A stretch of DNA of 63,610 bases from Octopus bimaculoides (taxonomy: Eukaryota). The notes under the pieces are model-generated. The model had not been told where the DNA came from. It saw only the letters and a list, made by a program, of their open reading frames with translations, and searched no databases. Both the position numbers and the translations under genes were made by a program. The stretch spans positions 3,849,784 to 3,913,393 of the forward strand of contig NC_069001.1 of the NCBI RefSeq assembly GCF_001194135.2, read 5' to 3'. Positions 50,347 through 63,610 of this stretch are shown here, one piece after another (within the stretch, counting starts at the first letter, position 1; the number at the start of each line of letters is the position of its first letter).

Positions 50347-53154
50347 TGTGATTCTCAGAAAGAGCTAGCAGAATGGCGTGTAACAATGCTATATCTTTGA
50401 ATTACAAACGTAATCCATGTGATGGGCTTCTATGCAGTTTCCATCTACCCAATTTCATTCACAATGTAGGAAAAAAAATCAATCCAAGGCTATAGAAATC
50501 GAAGAGGGTTGTAATTCTAAATAAGAGCTGACTTTGACTGTAACAATCTGTCTGACCCATTTGCAAGCATTTGTAAAATGCTGATGGTGATNNNNNNNNN
50601 NNNNNNNNNNNNNNNNNNNNNNNNNNNNNNNNNNNNNNNNNNNNNNNNNNNNNNNNNNNNNNNNNNNNNNNNNNNNNNNNNNNNNNNNNNNNNNNNNNNN
50701 NNNNNNNNNNNNNNNNNNNNNNNNNNNNNNNNNNNNNNNNNNNNNNNNNNNNNNNNNNNNNNNNNNNNNNNNNNNNNNNNNNNNNNNNNNNNNNNNNNNN
50801 NNNNNNNNNNNNNNNNNNNNNNNNNNNNNNNNNNNNNNNNNNNNNNNNNNNNNNNNNNNNNNNNNNNNNNNNNNNNNNNNNNNNNNNNNNNNNNNNNNNN
50901 NNNNNNNNNNNNNNNNNNNNNNNNNNNNNNNNNNNNNNNNNNNNNNNNNNNNNNNNNNNNNNNNNNNNNNNNNNNNNNNNNNNNNNNNNNNNNNNNNNNA
51001 AATAAAAGAAATTTTATTTAACAAAGTGTGACGCTAAAGACCGAGGTTACCGTGGTCTTTTCGTAGGTTTTTCTTTCCACGGATAACCTCCCCATTTATT
51101 GGGAATTTTTTGTATTATTTCGTATTTTTTGTAAATACCCCAAACGTTTTGCGATGTTTTTTTTTCATCGTTGTCCCCACTTTTGTTTTTTTTTTCTGCT
51201 TTGTTTTCGACCCCCTCGAAAAGAAAAACTCTACATTTGTATTTTGTCCCCTCTGTGTTGAGCCCTGTGTGGCTAATAAAGAAACCTATCTATCTATCTA
51301 TCAATCAATCCGTCTATCTATGAATGTATATCTGTCTGTCTATCCATGTATGCATGTATCCATGTATGTACATATGTGCATATATATGTATGTCATTATT
51401 CAGTTTATTTCAAGATTTCTTGCCAATAGAGAAAGAACCGGTTTCTAACCTAGATCCAAGGCTGCTCCTTCATTGGAATTTCAACATCAACAACAGGCTA
51501 TTTTTGTATGTATGTATGTGTGTGTGTATGTATGTATGTATGTATGTATGTTTGTGCTGATGTGTATGTTTTACGTATGTATTCTCATGCATATAGTTGC
51601 ATATGTATGTATCTCTCTCTATCTATCCATTATCTATCTATCTACCTACATATCTTTCTTTGTATGTATCTAACTGTTGGTATGTCCATCTGTCTGTCTA
51701 TCAATCTATCTGTCTGTTTACATGTTAGGCTGTCTGTCTCTCAATCTATCTACGTGCATGTACACATACACACACACACCTACACAAAAACATACATACA
51801 CACATACAAACAACAGGAGACAGTTCTACTTTGTGATTTGTAAACAAGTCTTCTGAAGCGTGTGTCCGTATGGTAGTAGTGTATATATTTGCCTGTGTAT
51901 GAGCACAAAGTATATATGTGCATGTGTGTGTATTGTGTATGTGTGTGAGACTGCATGGGATGGGTTGGGAAATGAGGATGGGTTAGGGTGGGAGAGGAAG
52001 AGGGCGGGGGTGCCGGTCAATTCATATTTAGAATATTTGCCAACAAAACCAAAATAATATTTCTCTTTTCTATCGATATAATATAATTTGTTTATGGTAA
52101 ACAACGTTTTATTTTTAGGTTTTGTTTTTTTTTTGTTTTGGTCTCCTCCTTCCCACCTCCCCCGTTAATCCAGATATATATCATACAGGATCTATAGATT
52201 CTGAGAGAGGGAAAGGGTGTGACCAACCCAATGCGCACGTACACACACATCTATATATGAGTGTGTATGTGTGTGTATATGTATATATATATATATATAT
52301 ATATTACATATATACACACATATACATAATTACACAAAGTTACAAACACAGGTATGTATGCAACTAAATATATACATACTACAAACATCTACACATACAC
52401 AGAATAGCAAACTATTACACACATGGACACAGAATTCCACACAAACAAAGTTACACAGGCATACACATAAAGTTACAAATACATACAACATACACACACA
52501 CAGCTATACACAACCACACATGCACATAGATATGCTTAAACAACTCATATACAGAACTACGCATACATACAATCACAACTGTATATAACTGTGCACATAC
52601 ATACACACACATACATACACACACATACATACATACATAGACAGACAGACAGATATAACTACACATGCACGACGACACACACATACAGCTATACACAATG
52701 AAACCCCCGCACACACAGATAACTAAACATGAATACAGCTATATGTACTAAGAGACATACACATACACACACAGTTACACATACATGCTCCTAAACAACC
52801 ACACACATACTTACACAACCACACACACACACACATACAAAGTTACACAAATATGCAGCTATACAACCACACGCACACAGAGCTATACACAACCACATAC
52901 AAACACCTATATAGTCAAACACACTGCTACACACACACACACACACGTCTACATACATGCATCACTGCCTCCCCCACACACACAAACACAACTGTACAGA
53001 TATATACATCCACACACACACACACATATCTAGACATACCAACATAACCACTCCACACCACACACCCCTACTCCTCCTAATCAAAATACATGGCGACCCA
53101 TGAAGCAAAAAAGAAACAAAGAAATTCAACAAACCATACCATTTACATTAGTTG

Positions 53155-53556
53155 GCACAGGTGTAACAGTATGGTTAAAAAGCTTACTTCTCAAATATGT
53201 GGTTTCAGGTTCAATCCCATTGTGTGACACCTTGGCCAAGTATTTTTTTAGTATACACCTGAGCAGACCAAAGCCTTATGAGTGTACTTCGTAGAGGAAA
53301 ACTGAAAGAAGCCAGTCATATATATATCTTTTATCGTTGTCTTGGGAGGGTCATTATGCCAATGATAATACCACACACACACATATGCACACATGACGGG
53401 CTTCTTTCAGTTTCCGTCTACCAAATCCACTCACAAGGCTTTTGTCGGCCCGAGGCTATAGTAGAAGACACTTGCCCAAGGTGCCACGCAGTGGGACTGA
53501 ACCCATGACCGTGTGATTGGTAAGCAAGCTACTTACCACACAGCCACTCCTGCGCT
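53155..53556. mobile_element. Two family A SINE 5' halves in inverted orientation
   Basis: + copy at 53155-53322 (diverged) and - copy at 53394-53556 (young); spacer about 70 bp. Confidence 0.88.
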
Positions 53557-54296
53557 TAGGCATAGTGATCTTTCAAAAGCAGCAGGTGCCAGACACATTT
53601 ACCAATTCCATTTGAGAAATCAAGAAAAAACAACAACAAAAACAACACAAGATTAGAATTTTCACAATTTAAAAAAAACAATCAATAGATGTTTTAGTTT
53701 CCAAAGTTTTACTTTGAAATTTAGAATAACCATTCATTATTTCAGTGAAAATTATGTGAAAGATAAAGAAATTCCACCATCCACCAACAGCATCGTTGCA
53801 GTCATTGGAGAGAGAAAAGGAAAAGAAGATGTCTAAATAAACAAGAGATATTTTTCTGGAATGAAAGTTTGTCTTCAATGATAAAAGAATAATTTAGCAA
53901 TATCTTTTGAAACATTAGCATTTCAATGGCTTTCTCCAGAGTGTTTACAAATATTATCATACGGATGTGTGTGTGTGTGTCTGTGTATATACATACATGC
54001 ATATATATAAAGAGAGAGAGAGAGAAAGAGAGAGTAGATAGATATGTGTGCATGTATATTTATATACACACACACACACATATGTATATACATATGTATA
54101 AACATATACACACACACAGACAGATATATATATACACATGATGTATATATATGTATATATACACATCTTATATATGCATACAAACGTATACACATACACA
54201 CATAAATACATACATATGTTCATACAATCACAAACACACGCATGCATATGTGTATGAAGAGAGAGAGAAAGAGAGGCGAGTGTTTTTCTTTAAATA

Positions 54297-54327
<31 letters not shown>

Positions 54328-54768
54328 TAACATGTGTGTGTGTGCTTCTGTGTTGGAATGTTTACATATCGTGCAGCATGCATATATGTTACATAAAGTG
54401 GTATGTAGAGAAAGCAAAAAATTCGGATGTTTTGCTCTTCACACAGGGAAAGAGAGCAACAGACACTATATAAATATATGAGAGTTGGGGAGAGAACTTG
54501 GTACAGAGCGAGATAGAGTGTGAGAGAACTCTAAATATGACTTGAAAGTGTATGTTCAGTACTTATTATAAACACACACAAAGAAATGTGTTAAGCGTTT
54601 GTGTTAGGAGAACGGCTGTTTAGCTTCAGTGATTCCATTGTTTAGAATATGTTAAATGCTAACTTGATGTACTTTAGAATCACATCTTAGATAAACTGGC
54701 AGCAAGCTGGAACAGCTAATTGATCCACTTCAAGCAGAACATTTTTTCCAATAAATAAACACACCCGC

Positions 54769-54834
<66 letters not shown>

Positions 54835-54951
54835 NNNNNNNNNNNNNNNNNNNNNNNNNNNNNNNNNNNNNNNNNNNNNNNNNNNNNNNNNNNNNNNNNN
54901 NNNNNNNNNNNNNNNNNNNNNNNNNNNNNNNNNNNNNNNNNNNNNNNNNNN

Positions 54952-55280
54952 TGGGTTGGACGGTTCGACTGGTGTCTGAGAAGCCAGGAGGCTGCACCAG
55001 GCTCCAATCTGATCTGGCAGTGTTTCTACAGCTGGATGCCCTTCCTAACGCCAACCACTCTGAGAGTGTAATGGGTGCTTTTTTACATGCCACCGGCACA
55101 GGGACCAGGGGAGCTGGCATCAACCACGATGAGATTGTGCTTTTTACCTGCCACCGACATGGAAGCCAGTCAAAGCGGCACTGGCATCGGCCACGTTCAG
55201 ATGGTGCTTTTTATGTGCTACCAACACGGGAGTCACAACTACAATTTCCATTTGATTTGATTTTGATGTTGATGTTGATA
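54952..55280 (-). mobile_element. Family D element, long copy
   Basis: gggttggacgg..ctacagctggatgcccttcctaacgccaaccactc..gcttttt(t)acatgccacc blocks. Confidence 0.85.
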
Positions 55281-56885
55281 TATTTGCACTGCTCCCCACA
55301 CACACTCACAGTTTCTGGATACTAATACCACTCACAAGGCATTAGTTGACCCAAGGCAACAGGTTGCAGAAGAAGATACTCACTCAACCAAGATGCCATG
55401 CAGAAGGAATGAACCTGCAACCACATGGTTGCAAAGCAAGCCTTTTAACCACCACGGCCAAACTTATGCCTATCACTATAATTTGCAGTCCATCAGTTAC
55501 GATGACGAGTGTTCCAGTTGATCCAATTAATGGAACAGCCTGCTCATGAAATTAATATGCAAGTGGCTGAGTACTCCACAGACATGCATACCCTTAATGT
55601 AATTCTTGCTCAAGGACACACTGCACTGCTGGGTATCAAACTGATGACTATGATCGTAAACTAAATACCTGAACTACTAAGCCATGTGCCTGTGCCTATA
55701 ATAACATAATCTAGGTATAAGCTTAGATAATCCGTGATATAATCCAACATAGTCTAGTATATAATCCAGTCTATAATCTAACATAGTCCTAACATAGTCA
55801 AATATATTCCATTATATAAACCACCATTGTCCAATAACAAATGGAATTTGATAACTTTTTCTTATCTTATACCTGTTTCAGCCACTGAACTGTGGCCATG
55901 CTGGGGTACCATCATGAAGGACTTTAGTCAAGTAAATCGACCCCAGTATTTTAAAAAAGTTTTTTAAAGTCTGGTATTTATTCTATCGGTCTTGTTTGCT
56001 GAACTGCTGAGTTATGGGGACACAAACAAATGCTGGTTTGTAGGGGAAGGCATACATAAGCACAAAGACACACACACACACACACACACAACATACTTCA
56101 ATGCAGTTTCTGTCTGTCAAATCCACTCAAAAGGTACTGGTCAACCTGAGGCTATTATAGAAGATACTTGGCCAAGGTGCCTCACAGTGGGACTGAACAT
56201 AAAGCCATATGGTTGGGAAGCAAGCTCCATACCCATTCAACTGCACGTGCGCCTACATATTGATATACAAGAGTGCAGCTGTTCAAACACATGCACAGAC
56301 ATATAATCCGCAGCATATTTGCTGTGTTGTCTCTGCATAAGTTTGTTGTGGAATAAGAGGCCAACGGCAACAAATTGAGAGGATGTAGAGTGGTTAAGTG
56401 TCTGAGGTTAATGACTTCTTCTCAGATCTTGGCTGCTGAAGGACTGCGAGAGTGGAATTTGCATCTTTAAGTATTGTGTTGAGAGAAACAATGGACTCCT
56501 TTTGGCTATACTTATGACAGAGAGAGAGAGAGAAAGGGGTGGGGAGGGGGAGGGTGATGAAGACAGGGGAGAGAGGGAGGTGGGAGGAGGTGGGAGAGAG
56601 GAGAGACGGAAAGTGAGAGGAAAACGAGAGGTGAGAGAAAGAGAGAGGGGGAGAAAGGAGAGGGGAGACGGGGAGAGATGGAGAGATAGAGAGGAGGGGA
56701 GAGGAAAACAGAAAGGAAAAATAGAGAGTGAGAGAGAGAGGGAGAGAGAGGGAGAGAGAGGGAAAGATAGTGGGAGGGAGAGAGGGAAGGAAAGAGAGGA
56801 AGGGAGAGGGGGTGACTAGAGATGTGTGTAGAGAGCATGGAAGAACATGGAAGAACAAGGTAAGAAAAAAGTGTATGATTGAAAA

Positions 56886-56923
<38 letters not shown>

Positions 56924-57191
56924 AAGAAAACGTGTAGAAAGAAAGACACATATATAGACAGAGAAAGATAGACAGGAGAGAGAGAGAAAGAGAGAGAGAG
57001 AGGTTAAAGATATATGGTGGGGATGACAGAGAGATGGAAGGAGAGAGAAAGTGAAAGAGAGACAGTGATCAGAAAGTGTGTGAAAGAGGTAGAGAGATTG
57101 ATATATATATATAAATATATATATATATGGGAGAATATACAAATAATAACAACAGACGAGGACAGGTGGTGTAAATAACAAAAGTATATAT

Positions 57192-57300
<109 letters not shown>

Positions 57301-58360
57301 CTTTGGTGGATTACTTGAGTAAATAAAAAATGGTGGTGTCCACAACTGAAATAAGCCCAATCTTTTCACACAAAAATTAACACCTTATCCCAGAGCACAC
57401 ACATGCATGCACACACACACACACACATATGGTAGACAGAAACTGAAAGAAACCTGTTCTGCGCATGCGCGTGCATGTGTGTGTGTGTGTTCCAGCACCA
57501 CCTGGCAACTGGTGTTGGTATATTTATGTCCACGTAACTCAGCAGTGTGGCAAAAGAGCCCAATTAAATAAGTGTGAGGCTTTACAAAATAAAAAAACAA
57601 ACAAACAAACAAACAAATCCAAAGGTTGAGTCATTCAATTAAATCTTCCAAGGCGGTGCCCCAGTATGGCCACAGTCTAATGACTGAAACGTGTGAAAGA
57701 TAAAACATAAAATGCAAAGTATTGACAATAACATACACCCTCCTCCTCCTCCTCCTCCTCCTCCCATGTGATTGAACAACCAATCCCAACCGGTTGGGAT
57801 TCACATTACAATTGACCTCCACGACTCTCAATCGTTCATTGCCATTTCTGGTTCATTGATGGTAATTCCTGAGTCACACACAATGATGTCTTGGGAAAAA
57901 AAATCTTTTTTCTCAAAGAGGCTCTTCCTGTTGGCCTCCAGAAGAGGAAAGATGAAATGATCTCTTTCCATTTGTGCTATAACAGTGAGAAGCTAAGTCT
58001 CGTCATTCATGAGACAGACGTACACATTGACTCCAGCTTTCCATATATTTGCCGAATAGAACAATAAAAAAAGAACACACCCATAGTGTATATGTATGTG
58101 TTATGGTGGGGTGGTTTACATATTTCTGTGAACAAAGCCCTGCAATGTATGAGAATATGGTAATAAAAAAGTGATTTGGGAAAACTATCTTCTTACTAAT
58201 AAAACTTGTAATAATAAATCTAATTAATTTTATGAGATTTAGTTAGCCTAGGACAATGGAGTAAAGATGAACGGATAGAGCAAACGTCCTGAAGTCATCG
58301 AGGACAGTAGACAAGAGGCCATAAACCTGTTGTTATTTAATCCCAGGTCACTCCAAGTAG

Positions 58361-58710
58361 TCGGTCACAAACAGTAAGCTACAGATTTTCCTCAACAAAT
58401 GTCTGCACTACATCCCCAAGATCTGGTGGCCGGACAAAATCTCAAGTCTGTGGGATAGAATGAACCAAACTCCCATCTACTGAGAAATTCTGTAAAGGAA
58501 TTCTACCTCCAAGAAGCACTGCAAGACATGTTAGACTGGCAACCTGAAGGAAAGAGGAAAGTTGGATTACCCAAGAATATCTGGAAAGGCTGTGGATGAT
58601 GAAATGAAAGCAGTTGGTCTATTTTGGTCTGAAATCAAGAAGGGAGCTCAAGATTGCATCCACTGACATGAAATGGTCACAGCCCTATGGTCCTTACAGA
58701 GTAATGTGAA
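58361..58710 (+). mobile_element. RTE-clade LINE 3' end relic
   Basis: KLQIFLNKCLHYIPKIWWPDKIS.LWDR.NQ.PI; LDWQPEGKRKVG.PKNIW; AVDDEMKAVG..WSEIKK.AQD...EMVTAL. Confidence 0.85.
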
Positions 58711-59514
58711 CTACCTAAATCACTCACTAACTCCTGATCTCAGGAATAACAGCGTTTCTCATGAAAATAGTTGTGGGCATTGAAAAGGGATGAATAAATT
58801 GGAGTCTTGAGAGAGGTATTTTAACCCTTTTGGGACCAACCCACTTGAGATTATGCTTGGGGGTCTGTGATACAAACTTCCTGTTTAACCATTTAGCATT
58901 TAAACCAATCATATGGGGCCTGAATATTCTACTCAATTTATGTTGAAACTGGTCTGATCTAGACTCTCACACCTATCCTACAATATCATTTGATGGGCTT
59001 CTTTCAGTTTCCATCTAAGGTATTCACTCAGAAGGAACTGATTATCTCAGGATTATAGTAGAAGACACTTGCCCAAGCTGCCACACAGTGGAACTGAACC
59101 CAAGTCCATGAGATTGGGAAGTAAATTTCTTAACCACACAGTCAAATATGCATGTATGTATGTATGTATGAATATATGTATGTATGTAGAATAAAGTGCT
59201 GAAAAGCATAAATTTCGCATATATTTCATAATTTAACTACTTTCAACAGCTGTTTCATTAGAAATTAGCATAATTAATACTATAACTACATTATACTGCA
59301 AATTTATAACACATTGGAGTTCAATGACCTATTAACAATTAGGTTCTTAATTACTCTATATATAATATATTTTTTGATGCTTCATGTTTCATCACTTTTT
59401 ATATGGATGCGTGTGTGTGAGTGTGTGTGTGTGCGTGCACATGCATGTGTGTATCTATGTATGTATAAAAGGTAGGTCAAGGTTATACATGTATTTGTGT
59501 GAATACATACATTT

Positions 59515-59935
59515 AGTCACATGTCACATCAATCACTGGTTCAATGACCCCTATCAGTCTTTAAACTACCTTAGTGACCCAGTCACTCATTACCTCAATG
59601 ACATAGTCACAAATGCAACAGTTCATCAATCACCTAATCGAACCATTAATCACATCAATCACTGCCTAAATGACTCATTATCCATATCAGTCATTACCAC
59701 AAGGACCTGTTAGCAGTCCATTGTCACTTCAGTGGTCTGGCCACTCACTGCTCAATGACCTATCATCCATTAGTCATATCAATCACTGCTTAAACAAGCA
59801 ATCAGCCATACTGGTCATTACATCAATGACCTGTTATCAGTCCATTGCCATTTCAGTGGTCCAGCCATTCATTATCTGAATGACCAATCAAACATTTAAA
59901 ACCTCAATGGTCCATTAGTCATATCAATCACTTAA
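59515..59935. repeat. Degenerate tandem repeat with a 124-bp period
   Basis: ccatta(a/g)tca(c/t)atcaatcact at 59643, 59767 and 59912; gacctgtta(g/t)cagtccattg at 59704 and 59828. Confidence 0.82.
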
Positions 59936-60162
59936 TGATAATCTTTATGTAAACGAACTTGAAATTTCTTAGTCAAGAAAAAAAGAACGACATGAAATTG
60001 AATACAAAGTCAAGATTTTGTATATCAATTAATACAAAAGAGACCCACAGACACAATACACACACACAAATGCAGACATAATACAAATAGACACACATGC
60101 ACATACACAAATACACCGATACAAAATCAGACAGGGGCATATACATATAAACCACAATAGAT

Positions 60163-60193
<31 letters not shown>

Positions 60194-60381
60194 AAGTCTA
60201 TCACAATACACAAACACCCACATAAACACACCAATACAAACTCAGGCCGACAGACACAGATTACAAGCATGCCTATACTCAGAAGTACAGGCTACACACA
60301 CACACAATCACATACACAGATTCAGGTAAGACCCACATACAGACATACACCAACACAAACATGCACAAACACTTATACAAG

Positions 60382-60510
60382 CACACACATACACCAGTAT
60401 AACCTCAAACAGACAGACACACACACACATACGCCAGTATAACCTCAAACAGACAGACACACACACACATACACCAGTATAACCTCAAACAGACAGACAC
60501 ACACACACAT
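60382..60510. repeat. 40-bp minisatellite, 3 copies
   Basis: ccagtataacctcaaacagacagacac at 60394, 60434 and 60474. Confidence 0.92.
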
Positions 60511-60980
60511 ATATACAGACACACACACACACATATATACAGGCACAAAACACATACACACAAACTAATTCAAACAAAATACAAATACAGACACACAAAC
60601 ACACCAATACAACTACACACACACACGCACACAAACACATGCATACCAATACAAATTCAGACGCACACAGACAGACAGCTATGCGAGCACATACACACTC
60701 AGGAGTATAGTTCCACACACACACACATACAACACCGTCTCAAATGTTTTATGTTATCTATCTAACATAGAACCAATTGTGTTGAAAAGCAAATATGTTT
60801 AGATAAAATACCTGTATTATATGAAATAAGAAAGAGAAGAAGAAAAGAGAGAGAGAAAGAAAAACTAACATAACAATAAAAGCAATTTTTTTTTTACTTA
60901 AGATGGACGCTAATATTATATAATATACAATAAAAAAAAAGTTTTGGTGTTTAAACACACACACAAATATCTGTATGTGA

Positions 60981-61205
60981 AGGCACATGGCTCAGTGGTT
61001 AGAGCATCAGACTTACAATCATGAGGTTGTGAGTTTGATGCCTGGACCAGGCTGTGCGTGTTGTGCTCTTGAGCAAGACACTTTATTTCATGTTGTTTCA
61101 GTTTACTCAACTGTAGAAATAGAAATGAGTTTGCAACAATGTCGCTGGTGCCAAGTTGTGCCGGCCTTTGCCTTTTCCTTGGACTACATGCTAGAGGTTG
61201 CCAGG
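60981..61205 (+). mobile_element. SINE family C
   Basis: atggctcagtggttagagcatc..gttgtgctcttgagcaagacactttatttca. Confidence 0.88.
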
Positions 61206-62055
61206 TGGATAAAATGCTAAGTAAACTCTTGGGCAGGATTTGAACTGAGAATGCAAAGGAAACATCACTAAAGATGAAAGAGCCAAAATAAATATTAATT
61301 AATGATTAATTATTTAATAAGTTCTATATATTTTAATAAATCCTGTTCGATTTTTCTTTTTATAATATTGATTTGGACGCATGTAAACACCATCTGTTTG
61401 TAAAATTGCTTCATAATTATTCAACAGCTGCAACAACAACTTCTGTCAGAAAGTAATTGTCAACAATAACTTCAGCTACACACCAGCATGGCTGTGTGGC
61501 TAAGAAGTTCACCTCCCAACCTCATAGATTCGGGTTCAGTCCCACTGCAAGACGTCTTGGGCAAGGGTTTTTTTTACAAGAACTTTGGGCCAACCAAAGC
61601 TTTGTGAGTGAGTGAATTTGGTCAATAATACAGAAAGAAGACTGTAGTTTGTGTATGTGTGTGTGTGAAGGGAATACGTCTGTACCTAAATCTCCCTCAA
61701 CAAATTGTCTGACCCATACAAGCGTGGAAAGTGGATGTAAAAATGATGATGGTGACGATGATGATGATGAATGGGGGACGAGGCGAGGAGGAGGAGATGA
61801 GGAGGAAGGGGCAACGAAGAGGAAGTGAGGAGGGAGGTCAGCTGAAGAACTCACATCAATAAAGTTGACATGGATCACAAGATGAGTCCTTCAAACAAAC
61901 TTAACATTTTAAAAATAAGCCATAAGTAATTCTGTTTGTTTTTTTTTATTTTCATATACATTGATTTTGAAATATATCTACCATCTGTTCATGTTATGCA
62001 GATGCACATATATAAACGCACACACACACGCACACATAACAAACATGTACATAAT

Positions 62056-62186
62056 AGGCGCAGGCATGACAGTGCGGTAAGAAGCTTTCTTGCCAACCAC
62101 ATGGTTCTGGGTTCAGTCCCACTGCGTGGCACCTTTGTGAATGGATTTGGTAGATGGAAACTGAAAGAAGCCCATCGTATATATGT

Positions 62187-62228
<42 letters not shown>

Positions 62229-62500
62229 TCACCCATCACTGCTTGACAACTGGTGTTGGTGTGCTTATGTTGCCGTAACTTAGAAGTTCAGAGAAAGTGA
62301 CTGAAAGAATCAAAACTAGTCTTAAGAAATAAGTCCTGAGGTCAATTTGTTCGACTAAAACCCTTTAAGGCAATGCTCCAGCATGGCCGACTAAAACCCT
62401 TTAAGGCAGTGCTCCAGCATGGCCACAGTCAAATGACAGAAACAAGTAAAGGCATAAAAGGCATAAAAGGCATAAAAGGCATAAAAGGCATAAAAGGCAT
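62056..62500 (+). mobile_element. SINE family A, full length, with internal 36-bp duplication and (AAAGGCATA)n tail
   Basis: Duplication starts at 62352 and 62388; about six 9-mers at 62448-62500. Confidence 0.9.
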
Positions 62501-62623
62501 TCAGTTTCAAGTCTTAGCTGGTCTTTCACAAACAACCTTGCCTAGACTGGTGCCTAGAAGGGGGAACTTTCTAGATGTAATCCCATGGTCATTCATGACC
62601 AAAAGGGGTCTTTACTTTATATA

Positions 62624-62660
<37 letters not shown>

Positions 62661-63252
62661 TCATCGTTTAACGTCCGCTTTCCATGCTAGCATGGGTTGG
62701 ACGATTTGACTGAGGACTGGTGAAACCAGATGGCTACACCAGGCTCCAATTTGATTTGGCAGGGTTTCTACAGCTGGATGCCCTTCCTAACGCCAACCAC
62801 TCCGAGATATATATATATATATATATTGCAAAAATGATGGTGATGATAATGAAGATGACAATGATGAAAACAACAATGATGATGGTGGTGGTGGTGGTGG
62901 TGGTGGTAGTGATGATGGTGACAATGCTGCTGATGATGGTAGTGGTGGTACTGATGGAGATGAGGTGAACGAGGAGGAGGAGGAGGAGGAGGAGGAGACG
63001 GAGAGTAGTAATGACGAAGGCAAAAAACGAAAGTGATGGTGATCTAATCAGTCTGTGTATGAAGAAATAAATAAGACATGGAACGAAAATAAAAAAGAAA
63101 AATAAGAGAAAAGCGACTGACCTGTATCTACTGTAAAAGCAATGTCATCTGGTTGTTCTAGGCATTTTCTAAACATCCATGGATTCATCACTACAACAAA
63201 ATAGAAGATTATCAATTAGTATCATCACCATCATCATTACTATTACTAACAC

Positions 63253-63298
<46 letters not shown>

Positions 63299-63610
63299 GT
63301 TCAGTAGTTTTATTTTTATAACGTGCTTTCACTTCACTACCGAGCGCAGCTCTGTGTTCCTTGGGTATGTGCTGTGGTTTGCTGTGATGCTCTTATGGTT
63401 ACTGTATTGAAAGTGTTTTGCGTAGGATGTGTGCAGTGCCCCAGTAGTGCAATTTTCTGTATGTTATATATATTTGTAAGTCCTGGTGTTTTTGTTATGT
63501 ATTTGTCTGAATATTTTTTTATTATACCTAAGGCACCTACTATGATAGGAATTGTTTGTTTTTAGACTCCACATTCGAGTTACCTCTATTTCCAGGTCTT
63601 TGTATTTTGA
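63299..63610 (-). mobile_element. Third R4/Dong-clade LINE 3' end (well preserved, runs off the window)
   Basis: SKYKDLEIEVTRMWSLKT/TIPIIVGALGIIKKYSDKYI..IQKIALLGTAHILRKTLSIQ* (stop 63401-63399); the 3' end abuts (TAA)n at 63253-63298. Confidence 0.9.

Larger units (their letters stand above)
6193..54951. other. Assembly gaps (13 N-runs)
   Basis: N-runs at 6193-6311, 12450-12724, 13921-14239, 15681-16231, 17554-18410, 18776-18785, 19454-20234, 25624-25915, 32476-32690, 34311-35049, 38433-38579, 50592-50999, 54835-54951; most abut microsatellites. Confidence 0.99.

Noticed and set aside
59384-59879. Repeat protein with HINHCLN motifs
   Set aside because: The 124-bp period shifts frame between units and stops interrupt it.
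60382-60510. CRISPR-like repeat-spacer array
   Set aside because: Eukaryotic context; the spacers are (CA)n and not unique, and there are no cas genes.
62373-62690. ORF with GIK repeats (collagen-like)
   Set aside because: It is a translation of the 9-bp SINE tail and adjoining SINE fragments.

Overview
AT-rich, microsatellite-saturated animal genomic DNA from a gapped short-read scaffold (13 N-runs). The repeat repertoire matches my recollection of octopus (coleoid cephalopod) repeats; this assignment is unverified and a BLAST/Dfam search would settle it. No recognisable protein-coding gene is present, and nearly all ORFs in the supplied track are microsatellite or N-gap artefacts. The window looks like intronic or intergenic DNA. 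It contains five high-copy SINE-like families (labelled A-E here), relics of RTE, R4/Dong and Hero LINEs, mariner and maT-like, hAT and TTAA/piggyBac-like DNA elements, a Helitron end, and degenerate hammerhead-ribozyme cores of Penelope type. The best non-TE signals are: (1) a textbook recursive-splice-site architecture on the minus strand (22-nt pure pyrimidine tract + TAG|GTAAGT, with a 122-nt exon closed by GAG|GTAAGT, 1719-1840); (2) a 112-bp near-perfect palindrome (16335-16446); (3) a CpG-rich TATA(-31)/TCT-like core promoter on the minus strand (48420-48605); (4) overlapping sense and antisense splice signals with a 31-nt stop-containing microexon (40343-40523); (5) a homeodomain/Pbx site cluster (10895-11131). 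All splice, promoter and enhancer calls are motif-based hypotheses. Most TE boundaries are approximate (about +/-20 bp).
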